A stretch of 64,000 bases of DNA from a virus (Duplodnaviria > Caudoviricetes), in the IMG/VR virus record IMGVR_UViG_3300036805_000175, positions 12,654-76,653 of that record, one strand, 5' to 3'. Positions 28,301-36,580 of the stretch are shown here, one piece after another. Below the pieces are notes generated by a model, which saw only the letters and a program-made list of their open reading frames with translations, did not search any database and was not told the DNA's origin. The position numbers were made by a program, and so were the translations under genes. The first letter of the stretch is position 1. Every line of letters starts with the position of its first letter.

Positions 28301-28810
28301 AACGCGCTCGTGGACTACACCAACCACGGGGACAACCGGTTCACCGGCTGCACTGTCCGCGGCTCACCCAGCGGCACGGTCACCAAGGGCAACTATGTGT
28401 TCCAGAAGCCCCTGGACCCGGTGCAGCTCGACGCCGCCGGGATCGCCGGCCGGCCGGAGGGCCGCTGGGACCAGGTGATCGGGTCGCAGGCCACCACGCA
28501 GGACGCGGTCAACGCCGCCGCCGCCTACGACCTGCAGCTTGGCGAGGTCGTCACGCCGTCCTACGTGATTGTGCTGAAGCCGGGCGCGTGGGCCGGGCCC
28601 AAGCACATCTGGCTGGGCGACTGGGTGACGGTGATCATCAGCCGCGGCCGGCTGAACGTCAGCGACCGGCTGCAGGTGTCCGAGATGGACTTCGACATCA
28701 GCCCGGACAACATCGAGACCGTCACGCTCACGCTTGGCCGGCCGCCGTTCAAGTGGGAGCGGCACATCGCGATCATCCTGCGGCGGCTCAGAAATTTGGA
28801 GGCCGAGTGA
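25358..28810 (+). CDS. Multidomain tail protein: N-terminal domain + Ig (He_PIG-like) + GH26-like barrel + baseplate hub
   Basis: GPYTLALASGVLPPGLTL; LWHEIE/WTDCY/MELG; poly-Pro linker; hub motifs FANSVFVTG, WLGDWVTV, TVTLTLG. Confidence 0.75.
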   Translation: MGFVQKAGSASGSGATLTVTVGQDGGVAVPGFATVAAGHTAILGMSAAGGIYAASVTDSHGNAWNVDSPGSPSTTGIRSGLASAPVGTPLAAGDTVTITWSATPTGGAQAGLADFTGIGVSGTHAATDPHGTADHISAATLSLETAAAAGQLGETVISVAGSSSAAGTLSPSATDADSGGTWASLGYPAAPGRLDIAWQAAPATGTPTTFAVTWTDSAGPPQNMDACLVAYLPASGLVIGGTPGEGKAGDTLTFVPDIEGGTGPYTLALASGVLPPGLTLVAGGGGGGGPVGQFGNTYHVPSLGSIQVATEKWVGTAAGYGPPDMVERWPTARKCFFGASDGTGSLANFPQTLGDDTKACVDMNMTAFLVYKPAVNKSLTTYDATVGSATGGNSHGGTQADWIALRDSLKALKAAKVACEAVLWHEIEHQPLTPVQYWSCLAWYSSAVTAALGTGHLHHSSSASYAGKLVSTFPGKPNFSSTCFITGKVWTDCYTHSWLGGYRLDGHDTPGAGAPAATSLYGLAILNGLGLGGVMELGMGQVLHKDKNGKVDQVPGDTPKYVDYLARAALAYPGTSYFWYADPTGATGGTNDVIPGFASDADGSLGGYDARPALRNLADAITGAGGGGSTPEVQGTPTADGSWTVTLRVTDSLGATATASFTFVIGPVTPPPPPPPPPPIPVPVPSPGKPPIPKPWVFKICAQQPSGAELAPIMQAATRQLILRAGAGNYHEATVDLSGDDSAAAYVTELVTDLQVHLGGQVLFCGRIGGAGDSLPSGGDYRFTPAALDYRELLRRRSLAVNGGPNYQGVDVADIAWDLIQQTQNTPAGWLGIARGKGADGLGQKRFINTIRQNFVGATIDQLAQMNPGMFDWDITPYGPGDLRLDMWAPTRGKDQGVTLLYGGPLVDSIDRTTDPSAFANSVFVTGQSTSAQTSIAAGSDTGTIANIDHWGSPAPGELDVDDASSFTASGTLIVHDSAAANALVDYTNHGDNRFTGCTVRGSPSGTVTKGNYVFQKPLDPVQLDAAGIAGRPEGRWDQVIGSQATTQDAVNAAAAYDLQLGEVVTPSYVIVLKPGAWAGPKHIWLGDWVTVIISRGRLNVSDRLQVSEMDFDISPDNIETVTLTLGRPPFKWERHIAIILRRLRNLEAE

Positions 28811-29103
28811 GCACACCGCTGGGGCCACTGGACACGACCGTCATCACCAGGATACTGCTGCCCGGTGCCGGTGACTGGGTGGATGTAGTTCCCGGCACCC
28901 TGTTCATCTTCAACAACCCGCAGTTCATTGTGCTCGGCTCCGACCCAGAAGTCCCGGATCTGGTCACCCCAGGTGGCCTATGGCTGACCTGGCAGGACAG
29001 TACCGGCGAAGTCCACGGGACGCCGGCAGGCAGCGTGCTCGACACCATCTGGACGCCGCCGGTGCCGCTCAGCCAGCAAGACACCGCGAAGGAGGCCGGC
29101 TGA
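28807..29103 (+). CDS. Hypothetical protein
   Basis: GTGA coupling. Confidence 0.55.
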   Translation: MSTPLGPLDTTVITRILLPGAGDWVDVVPGTLFIFNNPQFIVLGSDPEVPDLVTPGGLWLTWQDSTGEVHGTPAGSVLDTIWTPPVPLSQQDTAKEAG

Positions 29104-29390
29104 TGGCAGGGCACCGGGACATCCTGCTGGCGCGGGTGGCCGCACTGGAGGCGCGGCAGGCGCAGCTGGAACGCCGCCACGGCGCGCCCGCGCTCAGCGG
29201 CACCGTCATCGGGATACCGGGCCACGAGCCCGCGCCCGGCACCTGGGACGCGCACGCCCGCACGGGCGTGTGCAGGCACTGCGAACTGCCCATCAGCGGC
29301 GGCACCGACAGCCACCACGGCTGGTCCACCCAGGCCGGCGGCACAGGCTGCCTGGCGCACCCGGACCTGGCAGGGAAGGATCACCTTTGA
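29103..29390 (+). CDS. Hypothetical Cys/His protein
   Basis: GGAGG RBS; TGATG coupling. Confidence 0.6.
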   Translation: MAGHRDILLARVAALEARQAQLERRHGAPALSGTVIGIPGHEPAPGTWDAHARTGVCRHCELPISGGTDSHHGWSTQAGGTGCLAHPDLAGKDHL

Positions 29391-29698
29391 ACAAGCAGCA
29401 GGGTCACACCACCGGCCCGCAGTCGTTCCGGGTGCACGCCGAAGGGGACCTGGCCACCGTCACCGCCCAGCTGGCCACCGCCGGCGACAGCGAGAGCGAA
29501 CTGGCCGCGGGCTGCCGCAAGATGCTGGCCGGGCTGCTCGCTGATGCCCTCGCGGACGAGCCGCGCCCGGATACCGAGGGTGGCGCGGTGCCGTTCCGCT
29601 ACGTCGCGTCGGCGTCGGGGCATCCCGGCGACCCGGAGGCGGGCAAGCCGCCATGGCTGAGCGTCATCGTGCACGCTGACACCCAGGAGAGCGAGTGA
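29387..29698 (+). CDS. Hypothetical protein
   Basis: TTGA coupling; GC3-rich. Confidence 0.55.
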   Translation: MNKQQGHTTGPQSFRVHAEGDLATVTAQLATAGDSESELAAGCRKMLAGLLADALADEPRPDTEGGAVPFRYVASASGHPGDPEAGKPPWLSVIVHADTQESE

Positions 29699-30687
29699 GC
29701 AGTCCCCGCCCAGCCATGTTCCGCGCGGGCGGCATTCCCCGCGGGATGCCGCTCCTCGGCTCAAGCACCCGCTGCCTGCTCGCGGATATCAGCGAATTCC
29801 AGCCCGACCTGCATGACGCCGCCTACCTGGCCTGGTCGAAGGCCATCATCATCCGCGCCATGTACGGTGACGCACACGATGACCGGGCCTGGTTCGGCGG
29901 CGCGAGGCGTGCGGCCCTGCACGCAGGTGGCGTCCAATTCCTAGGCTTGTATCAGTACCTGGTCGCCGGCCAGGACGCCGCAGCACAGGCCCATGCCCTG
30001 GTGGACCTGCTCGGCCCGCTCAGGCCGGGCGAGGTGCCCATCTGCGACCTGGAGGAAGGCGACGGCAACCAGGCCAGCCGGTACGGTGCCTGGCGGGCTG
30101 TCGTCGTCGGGGCCTACCCGCAACTGAAGGACACGCCGCTCGGCGGGCCGCTGCTGTACTCCGGGCTCAACTTCGCGGCCACGCACGGCCTGCGGCCGGA
30201 CTGGGTGGCCGCCTACCAGTCCACCGCCCCGGCGATGCCGCATGTCCTCTGGCAGTTTTCCGCCAGCTTCCAGGTGCCCGGCGTCGGCATCGCGGACTGC
30301 TCCGTCTACCTGGGCACCGTGGCGGACCTGCGGGCGCTCGTCACCCCGAAGTCCAGGCCCGCGCCGAGGCCAGACCCCCAGCCTGCCCCCACTCCAGTCC
30401 CGGAGGACGAGCCGATGAACCTGGACACCACCATCCCGAGCCACCCCCTGCTGATCGACTTCGGCACGAAGACCCTGGACCTGCTCTCGGTGAACACCGA
30501 GGGCAGCCCGCTTGAGGTCACCGTCACCTTCCTCAACGAGGGGGCGAAGGCGAAGCCGTACACCCTGTCGTGGGGGACTGCGGACACCGTGGGCTCAGGC
30601 ATCGAGGTGCCGGCGGGGATCAAGAAGGCCCGCATCGACATCATCTCCGGTGGCGGCCTGCCGCTGGGTGTGAGATTTAATCAGTGA
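29695..30687 (+). CDS. Endolysin, GH25 muramidase
   Basis: ADISEFQ, IIRAMYG, GLYQYL, CDLEE (DxE), LWQFS. Confidence 0.88.
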   Translation: MSSPRPAMFRAGGIPRGMPLLGSSTRCLLADISEFQPDLHDAAYLAWSKAIIIRAMYGDAHDDRAWFGGARRAALHAGGVQFLGLYQYLVAGQDAAAQAHALVDLLGPLRPGEVPICDLEEGDGNQASRYGAWRAVVVGAYPQLKDTPLGGPLLYSGLNFAATHGLRPDWVAAYQSTAPAMPHVLWQFSASFQVPGVGIADCSVYLGTVADLRALVTPKSRPAPRPDPQPAPTPVPEDEPMNLDTTIPSHPLLIDFGTKTLDLLSVNTEGSPLEVTVTFLNEGAKAKPYTLSWGTADTVGSGIEVPAGIKKARIDIISGGGLPLGVRFNQ

Positions 30688-31259
30688 CCACACTCGACGC
30701 AGCCCCCGGTGATGTGCTGGCGGTCAGCGCCGGGCCGTGGTGGTGCCGCAAGGTGATCGAGCTCGGCGAGCGGATGCGCGGCCTCGCCGCACCCGTCAAC
30801 CACGTGATCGTGATCACTCATCAGGACGCACTCGGCAGGTGGATCGGCGTTCAGGGGCAGCCCGGCGGGGTCGGTCCCGTGGACTGCACGCCATACCTGG
30901 CTGCCAAGGTCACGCGCTCCAACCATCTCCAGCCGAAGCCGGCACCGGGCAGCCCGGAGATGACCGCATTCCTGGCGGACTGCGTAAACGCGCTGGGCAT
31001 CCGGTACGACTGGGCGGGGATCGATGACGACCTGCTCGACGCCCTGCACTTGCACGACCTGACCGCACTAGTGGACCGGCTGTGGCGGTGGCCGGCCAAG
31101 CACGGGATGCTGCCGGGCGAGGTCGTCTGCTCGTCGCTGGCGGCTGAGCTTTATGCGCTGGCCGGCTGGCCGCACCCCGATCTCGGGGACGAGCGGCAAT
31201 GCGAGCCATCGTCGTGGTGGCGATGGAACGACGGCGAGCAGTGGCGGCATGCTGCGTGA
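30684..31259 (+). CDS. Permuted NlpC/P60 (YiiX-like) papain-fold enzyme
   Basis: PGDVLAV..NHVIVI..YDW..VVCSSLAAELY, with His before Cys. Confidence 0.7.
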   Translation: MTTLDAAPGDVLAVSAGPWWCRKVIELGERMRGLAAPVNHVIVITHQDALGRWIGVQGQPGGVGPVDCTPYLAAKVTRSNHLQPKPAPGSPEMTAFLADCVNALGIRYDWAGIDDDLLDALHLHDLTALVDRLWRWPAKHGMLPGEVVCSSLAAELYALAGWPHPDLGDERQCEPSSWWRWNDGEQWRHAA

Positions 31260-31360
31260 TCTGCTCACCGGCACACTGCTGGCGGCGGTAGTGCTGACGC
31301 TGGCGGTGATCGCCTGGGGTGTGCGGTCCGCACGGCAGGCACGGCTCGAGGAGGACGGCA

Positions 31361-31657
31361 GTGGACGCTCACCAGCTCGCAACCCTGATCGCGGTCCCTT
31401 TGCTGACCGGGACGGTGATCCCGCAGCTGACGGTCCTGGTCACCAAGGCCACGGTGGCGAAGGGGATCCGGAACCTGATCACCCTCGCCCTGGCCGCGCT
31501 GTCCGGCGCGCTGGCCACGGTCACGTGGGGCAGCACCGAGCGGTGGCAGGATTACGTGATCGCCATCGGCACCGCCGCCCTGGCGTCGCTGATCACGCAT
31601 GAGGCGGGGATGACCGGGCCGCTGGACCGGGCCACAGCCCGCCGCGGGCTCGGCTGA
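31361..31657 (+). CDS. Holin (putative)
   Basis: GAGGAGG RBS; 98 aa with 2-3 TM segments; basic C-terminus. Confidence 0.7.
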   Translation: MDAHQLATLIAVPLLTGTVIPQLTVLVTKATVAKGIRNLITLALAALSGALATVTWGSTERWQDYVIAIGTAALASLITHEAGMTGPLDRATARRGLG

Positions 31658-31761
31658 CCCACTCAGGCGGCAGGCGGTGCGCCCGGTTCCCATAGGCCCA
31701 GCAGCGGCCAGGACGGGCGGGGGCTATGGGTGCTGGGCCTGAGTCCCGCCGGCCGCCCCTG

Positions 31762-32175
31762 ATGGCGCGGAGACCGGGACGCGTCATCGTCTGGTACGCG
31801 TGCGTCCTGCATTACGCCTGGAGCGTCCTGCTGGCGGTCAGCCCCGCAGCCATGCACTCCACGCCCGTGTCCGCCGTGGTCGCCGTGTCCGGCGGCCGGC
31901 GGGGCGCGCTGGCCGCGCTGGCCGCCTGCGCGTCTGCCGCACTGGCGGCCCCGCTGGCCCGCCGCGGCTGGCTGCTGCCGGTGCTGCTCGTCCCGCAGCA
32001 GACCCTGCTGCTGATGAGCGCCGGCGCGGCCCTGCACGCCACCGCCGCGGGCCACTACGCGGACGGCGTGCCCCGGCCGTGGCCGTTCATCCTCGGCGAT
32101 CAGCTGCCGGTCATCCTGACCGCCCTCCTGTACACGGCCGCCCTGCTGTCCTACCGGGTGCCGCATGAGCGGTAA
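31762..32175 (+). CDS. Membrane protein (lysis region)
   Basis: About four hydrophobic segments. Confidence 0.65.
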   Translation: MARRPGRVIVWYACVLHYAWSVLLAVSPAAMHSTPVSAVVAVSGGRRGALAALAACASAALAAPLARRGWLLPVLLVPQQTLLLMSAGAALHATAAGHYADGVPRPWPFILGDQLPVILTALLYTAALLSYRVPHER

Positions 32176-32710
32176 CGCCGTGCTGCTGATCACCGTCACG
32201 GCGGTGTTCATCTCACTGATCACTGTGGTGGCGATGCAGCGGGCGGCCTGGGAGAGAGGGAATACCGTGCCCCGGTTGCCCCGTAAGATCCCGCGCCCCA
32301 TCGGCGCGTCCGGATCGCACATGCTGGTCATGGGACTCACCTACGCCATCTACGCGCTGTCGCTGGTATTCCAGGGCATCCGCTGGCACCGCACACCCGC
32401 CTACCGCAACCTGCTGATCATCATGCCCACCGGCACATGGGGCGTGTTTTTCGGCGTGACAGCCGTTCTGCTGCTAGCCGGGGCCTTCTGGTCCCGGCCT
32501 CCGTGGCTGGCCTACACGGCGATCGTGCTGGCGGTCATGCTCACCTCCTCCTGGGATGTGGCATTCATCGTCCGCTGGGCGACCAGCTCCAGCACCACCC
32601 CGGAAACCTGGACGAGCTGGACCGTGTTCAACTACGTGCTCCTGCGCGCCGGGATTCTCATCGAGAGGGAGCGCGGCCGGCCGGCCTTCCTGCCCGGTGC
32701 CGATGGCTAG
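32165..32710 (+). CDS. Membrane protein (lysis region)
   Basis: Multiple TM segments. Confidence 0.7.
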   Translation: MSGNAVLLITVTAVFISLITVVAMQRAAWERGNTVPRLPRKIPRPIGASGSHMLVMGLTYAIYALSLVFQGIRWHRTPAYRNLLIIMPTGTWGVFFGVTAVLLLAGAFWSRPPWLAYTAIVLAVMLTSSWDVAFIVRWATSSSTTPETWTSWTVFNYVLLRAGILIERERGRPAFLPGADG

Positions 32711-33065
32711 CCCGGAAGTCCTCACCGAGTGGCTCGCCGTGGGCTTCGCCGCTGTCGGCGCTGTCGTCGCCGTCGTGACGGTACGGCGCCAGTCCCGCAA
32801 GGACGCCACCCGCGAGGAACAGGACCGCGACGCCACCGACGTCGCGTCCTGGACAAGCCTGAACACCGCTCTCGACAGGGAGATCCAGCGGTTGCACGCC
32901 GAGCAGGACCGGATGCGCGAGAACTCGGAGCGCAAACTGCGCCAGCAGCGGGAGGACTACGAGCAGCAGCTGACCGTGGCGAACGCGCGGATAGCCGAAC
33001 TGGAACGGGACGTGGAGAGCCTGCGGCGGCTGCTCCGGCCACCGGGCGGCGGCGCGGGCCAGTGA
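32703..33065 (+). CDS. TM + coiled-coil protein
   Basis: N-terminal TM followed by a heptad-rich region. Confidence 0.7.
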   Translation: MASPEVLTEWLAVGFAAVGAVVAVVTVRRQSRKDATREEQDRDATDVASWTSLNTALDREIQRLHAEQDRMRENSERKLRQQREDYEQQLTVANARIAELERDVESLRRLLRPPGGGAGQ

Positions 33066-33436
33066 GCACCGACCCGCTGCTGCTGCTGATGCTCGCGGTG
33101 TCCTGCGCCAGCCTCATCCTGCAAAGCGCCGCCCTCGCTCACCTGTGGCGGCAGCAGGCCTCCTATGACGCCGAGCGGCGGGCCGGCCGCGGCTACGTCC
33201 GCACCGCCGCCTGCCGGGTCCTGGCCGCCTGCATCTACACCGCAGCCGCGGCCCTGGGCGTGGCCCGGGTGCGCATCCCCGGTGCCGGCATCCTCGGCCC
33301 CGAGGCGCTGGTCGTCTTTACGGTGGTCCAGGCGATCTGGCTGGCCAATTCCGCGATGGACATCCGGGTCCGGCAACTGCTGCGCAAGCGTGGCAGCAAC
33401 CTGTCCGCAGATGCGGAGCGGCTACGGGAATCGTGA
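33062..33436 (+). CDS. Membrane protein
   Basis: GTGA coupling; three TM segments. Confidence 0.6.
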   Translation: MSTDPLLLLMLAVSCASLILQSAALAHLWRQQASYDAERRAGRGYVRTAACRVLAACIYTAAAALGVARVRIPGAGILGPEALVVFTVVQAIWLANSAMDIRVRQLLRKRGSNLSADAERLRES

Positions 33437-33448
33437 GGGAGCCAGCCC

Positions 33449-33766
33449 GTGTCCGGGATACCCGTCGAGCTCGTCATCACCGGCGGCGTGGTGCAGCTCC
33501 AGAAATGCGGCCTGTACGCCCACGCTGTACCGATTCTCAACAGCCACCACGTTTGCCCGGAGTCCTGGTGGCTGGCCGCCGGGAAGCCTGTTGCCTCCCC
33601 GTTGTTCAGCCTCTGCCCGGACTGCCACGAAGCGGTGCATGTGGCGATCGACGCCCAGATCCGGGGCCTGGGCACCTCGCTGCTGCCGCCGCGGTGCGTG
33701 AAGCTCGCCGCTGAGGCGTTCCCCATCGCCGAAGCGAACGGGCTCACCCCGGCACTGACCCTGTAG
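33449..33766 (+). CDS. Small HNH-like protein
   Basis: SHHVCP..LCPDCHEAVH. Confidence 0.6.
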   Translation: MSGIPVELVITGGVVQLQKCGLYAHAVPILNSHHVCPESWWLAAGKPVASPLFSLCPDCHEAVHVAIDAQIRGLGTSLLPPRCVKLAAEAFPIAEANGLTPALTL

Positions 33767-33781
33767 GAAGGAAACCAGAAC

Positions 33782-34723
33782 GTGACGACAGCCACCGCCG
33801 GCTACACCATCTACCGGCAGCACATCCCCGAGCACGTCGTGCCGGGCAAGCGGCTCGGCCGGCACATCCGGGTGGACTCCCGGTCGGCCGCCTACCGGTA
33901 CCAGCACTCCGGCCGCGCCGCGGCCGGGCAGGTGCTGCTGGACCGGGCCATCGCCATCCTGGATCAGGGCGACCTCGGGTCGTGCACGGGAAATGCGGAA
34001 ACCGGCGCGCTGGGCACCGCCCCCTGCTTCGGTGTGCTGCCCGCAGGCAAGACGTGGAAGACGGCACTGAATGAGACCTTCGCGGTCGGCGTCTATTCCG
34101 ACGCGGAAAAGCTCGACGGTGGCACCGGCTACCCGCCGGAGGACGAGGGCTCGGACGGCACGTCGGTAATGACGGTCGCGCTGAAGCGGGGGCTGATCTC
34201 CGGGTTCACCCACGCGATGACCGTCGCCGAGGTCAGCGATGCAGTGCAGTCCGGCTACCCGGTCATCATCGGCGCCTACTGGTATGACAGCTTCGACACC
34301 CCGGATTCCTCCGGCGTGATCCAGCTGGCCAAGGGGGCGCAGGTCCGCGGCGGCCACGAATGGCTGCTGCGCGGTGACGACCCGGACGCTCAGCAGTTCC
34401 GTGCCGACAACTCCTGGGGCACGTCGTGGGGCGCGGCAGGCTCGTTCACGGTGCCCTACGCCGTGCTGGACAGGCTGCTCGGCGAGCAGGGCGACGGGCA
34501 GGTGCCAGTCCCGCTGACCGACCCGGCACCCACCCCGCAGCCCACGCCCACGCCATCACCGACCCCGGCGCCCACGCCTGGGCCGCTGCCGGCGGACGTG
34601 GCCACCTACCTGGCCGACCCGGAACTGGCCGACTGGGCCGCCCGCAACCATGTGGGGGAGAACCGGTACGCCGCCAGGGCATACACGGCACTGAAGGACG
34701 CTTACCCGGCCGCCAAGATGTAG
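33782..34723 (+). CDS. Papain-like cysteine peptidase (C1) with PT linker
   Basis: DQGDLGSCTG, GGHEW, DNSWGTSWG. Confidence 0.85.
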   Translation: MTTATAGYTIYRQHIPEHVVPGKRLGRHIRVDSRSAAYRYQHSGRAAAGQVLLDRAIAILDQGDLGSCTGNAETGALGTAPCFGVLPAGKTWKTALNETFAVGVYSDAEKLDGGTGYPPEDEGSDGTSVMTVALKRGLISGFTHAMTVAEVSDAVQSGYPVIIGAYWYDSFDTPDSSGVIQLAKGAQVRGGHEWLLRGDDPDAQQFRADNSWGTSWGAAGSFTVPYAVLDRLLGEQGDGQVPVPLTDPAPTPQPTPTPSPTPAPTPGPLPADVATYLADPELADWAARNHVGENRYAARAYTALKDAYPAAKM

Positions 34724-34743
34724 CCTGCGATACGCCAAGACAC

Positions 34744-34791
34744 AGCACCGCCCCGGCTGGTCCTTCGGGACCGGGCCGGGGCGGTGCTTTT
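34744..34791 (+). terminator. Intrinsic terminator closing the late operon
   Basis: AGCACCGCCCCGGC/GCCGGGGCGGTGCT stem, GGTCC-TTCG-GGACC cap, then a T-run; lies between convergent genes. Confidence 0.85.
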
Positions 34792-34805
34792 GCGTTGCCC
34801 CAGGC

Positions 34806-35162
34806 TCAGTGGGTGAAGCCGCAGGTGGCGTCGAGCGGCCGGGTGATGGTGGCAGCCTGTTTCGCCCAGTTGGCAGCCTCGGTGACCGCGTGCACGCTGC
34901 TGTCCGATATGGGGCCGTTCTCGCGGGCCTGCCAGGAGGCCATCTGCCCGGCGGCGTGCGCGAACGTGGCCAGCTGCGGCTCATGCCAGCGGGTGGCGGC
35001 CTGGGTGAGGATGGCGGTGCGGTGGGCCTGGGTGAGGGGAGAGTGCTCGGCGGTGTGCAGCGCCGGGCACCAGCCGGGCGGGCCGCCGCCACATGCGGTG
35101 AGGGCTGCTGCGGCGATGAGGGCGGCGGCGAGAGCGGCGCAGGCCCGCAGGAGCGTCTTCAC
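34806..35162 (-). CDS. Lipoprotein (possible superinfection-exclusion moron)
   Basis: Signal peptide ending in lipobox LTAC. Confidence 0.7.
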   Translation of the reverse strand: MKTLLRACAALAAALIAAAALTACGGGPPGWCPALHTAEHSPLTQAHRTAILTQAATRWHEPQLATFAHAAGQMASWQARENGPISDSSVHAVTEAANWAKQAATITRPLDATCGFTH

Positions 35163-35440
35163 CGGTGCTTCGCCTTGCGGCGGGGATGCCTGGCGAGCTC
35201 GGCCCGGGCGTAGGTGCCCACCCCGGCCTCATCCAGCACCGCCAGCAGCTCGGCGTCCTTGTCCCGCAGGCGGGCGCGGCGGGCCGGCCGGTAGGCGGTG
35301 ACCGGGCCGGCACCCGTGGAGACGCCGTCACCGCCGGGCCCCGTCCATACCCGCAGCCACCGCGGGCCCAAACCAGCACGCAGCCCGCGCCGGCTGATCC
35401 TCAGCCGCAGGCCCCGGGCCGGCCACAGGTACACGCTCAT
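35159..35440 (-). CDS. DUF4236-like protein
   Basis: GLRLRISRRGLRAGLGPR motif. Confidence 0.55.
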   Translation of the reverse strand: MSVYLWPARGLRLRISRRGLRAGLGPRWLRVWTGPGGDGVSTGAGPVTAYRPARRARLRDKDAELLAVLDEAGVGTYARAELARHPRRKAKHR

Positions 35441-35614
35441 CGGAAACTCCCTCCCCGTGTCAGTTAGACGAACGAGCGGCCCGCAGGTTTACCGCGCGCC
35501 GTAATCGATTTGGCAGCCAGCGCCGGCCGAACCTGGGGCAGGCGCACAGGGCACAATCCGTGGCAGCCCGGTAATGTTCGTGGGCGTCTCGCTGGTGACC
35601 GCAGTGGCGGCAGT

Positions 35615-35926
35615 TCATGACTCGCCAGCCTCCCGGGTCGGCCCGTACTTCGCGTCCAGGCGTGCCAGGCGGAGATCCTCGTCCTGGCGCATCTCGCTGA
35701 CCAGCCGGGCACGCAAGCCGTGCAACTGCCGCATCATCCTGTCGATGTCCTCAACCGCATCGTGGCCGCCCTTGATCGCCTCGGCGGGGCGATCACCCAG
35801 CGGCGGGATCCGGTGGCACCCGGGGGTGGGCGGGTTCTCGTAGCCGAGATCCGCCCATACCCCGACATGCCAGTTGATCAGTCCGGCCAGTTCCACAAGG
35901 CCGGCCGACGGGTCGGGGGCGGTCAT
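35615..35926 (-). CDS. Hypothetical protein
   Basis: ATGA coupling. Confidence 0.6.
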   Translation of the reverse strand: MTAPDPSAGLVELAGLINWHVGVWADLGYENPPTPGCHRIPPLGDRPAEAIKGGHDAVEDIDRMMRQLHGLRARLVSEMRQDEDLRLARLDAKYGPTREAGES

Positions 35927-36321
35927 GGCTGGCCGTCCTCAGGTACCTCAATGGCGATGACGGGCTTGCCGGGAGCCATGCGCTCAAGTTCGGCAAACGG
36001 ATTCATGTGCATGTGATCCTCAGGGGCGAGCGGGGTCACGTCACGGGTCTCGCCGTGCTCAGCAACGACACCGGCCAGCCACTCCGCTACCGCCTCCTCG
36101 CCGCTGAACTCTTCCGGGACTTCGACTGCGGCAAGATCGGGGAAGTGCTCGCGCAGCGACGGGGCGCACTCGTCCATGGCGCGCGGCAGCTGGTGGGTGA
36201 ACAGATTGTCGCCGGTCATGAAGTTGCAGATGTCGTAGACGCCGTCCACGTGGCGTGGCGAGACGAGCCTGCCCGTGGTGACGGTCAGGATGTCCCCGAC
36301 GTGGAAACTGCGGGTTGTCAC
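35923..36321 (-). CDS. Conserved phage hypothetical protein
   Basis: GGAGG RBS; FHVGDILTVTTGRLVS..FMTGDNLFTHQLPR. Confidence 0.7.
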   Translation of the reverse strand: MTTRSFHVGDILTVTTGRLVSPRHVDGVYDICNFMTGDNLFTHQLPRAMDECAPSLREHFPDLAAVEVPEEFSGEEAVAEWLAGVVAEHGETRDVTPLAPEDHMHMNPFAELERMAPGKPVIAIEVPEDGQP

Positions 36322-36533
36322 TCCACCACCTCCAGTAACTCCGGGTGATGCGCGCACACCAGGACCGGTGCCCCGGAGGGTGTGTGGCCGATGGTCACCG
36401 CGTCGCACGCGAGGTGGCTGCGGCAGTTGCGGACGGCACAGCGGCGGCCGTTGCGCTGGGCGCGGGTCAGGGAACGCGGGTCGATGACGGGGGCACTCGT
36501 GGGAGCGCGTACGCTCCCGCTGGTCAAGGCCAT
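36318..36533 (-). CDS. Small Zn-binding protein divergent from the integrase (possible RDF)
   Basis: CAVRNC..CAHH; leaderless start at the edge of the att-like repeat. Confidence 0.55.
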   Translation of the reverse strand: MALTSGSVRAPTSAPVIDPRSLTRAQRNGRRCAVRNCRSHLACDAVTIGHTPSGAPVLVCAHHPELLEVVE

Positions 36534-36578
36534 GTCTGTAATTAGACACCGCTGGATACCAGTGTGTCAATATAGACA
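36533..36578. other. Candidate attP (46-bp imperfect inverted repeat)
   Basis: TGTCTGTAATTAGACAC-cgCTGGataCCAGt-GTGTCAATATAGACA immediately upstream of the serine integrase. Confidence 0.6.
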
Positions 36579-36580
36579 GC

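Noticed and set aside
31249-31602. ORF MLRDLLTG.. (within 31153-31602) as a full gene
   Set aside because: It overlaps the better-supported holin, which has a strong RBS; only its first ~35 codons look protein-like, so I left it uncalled.
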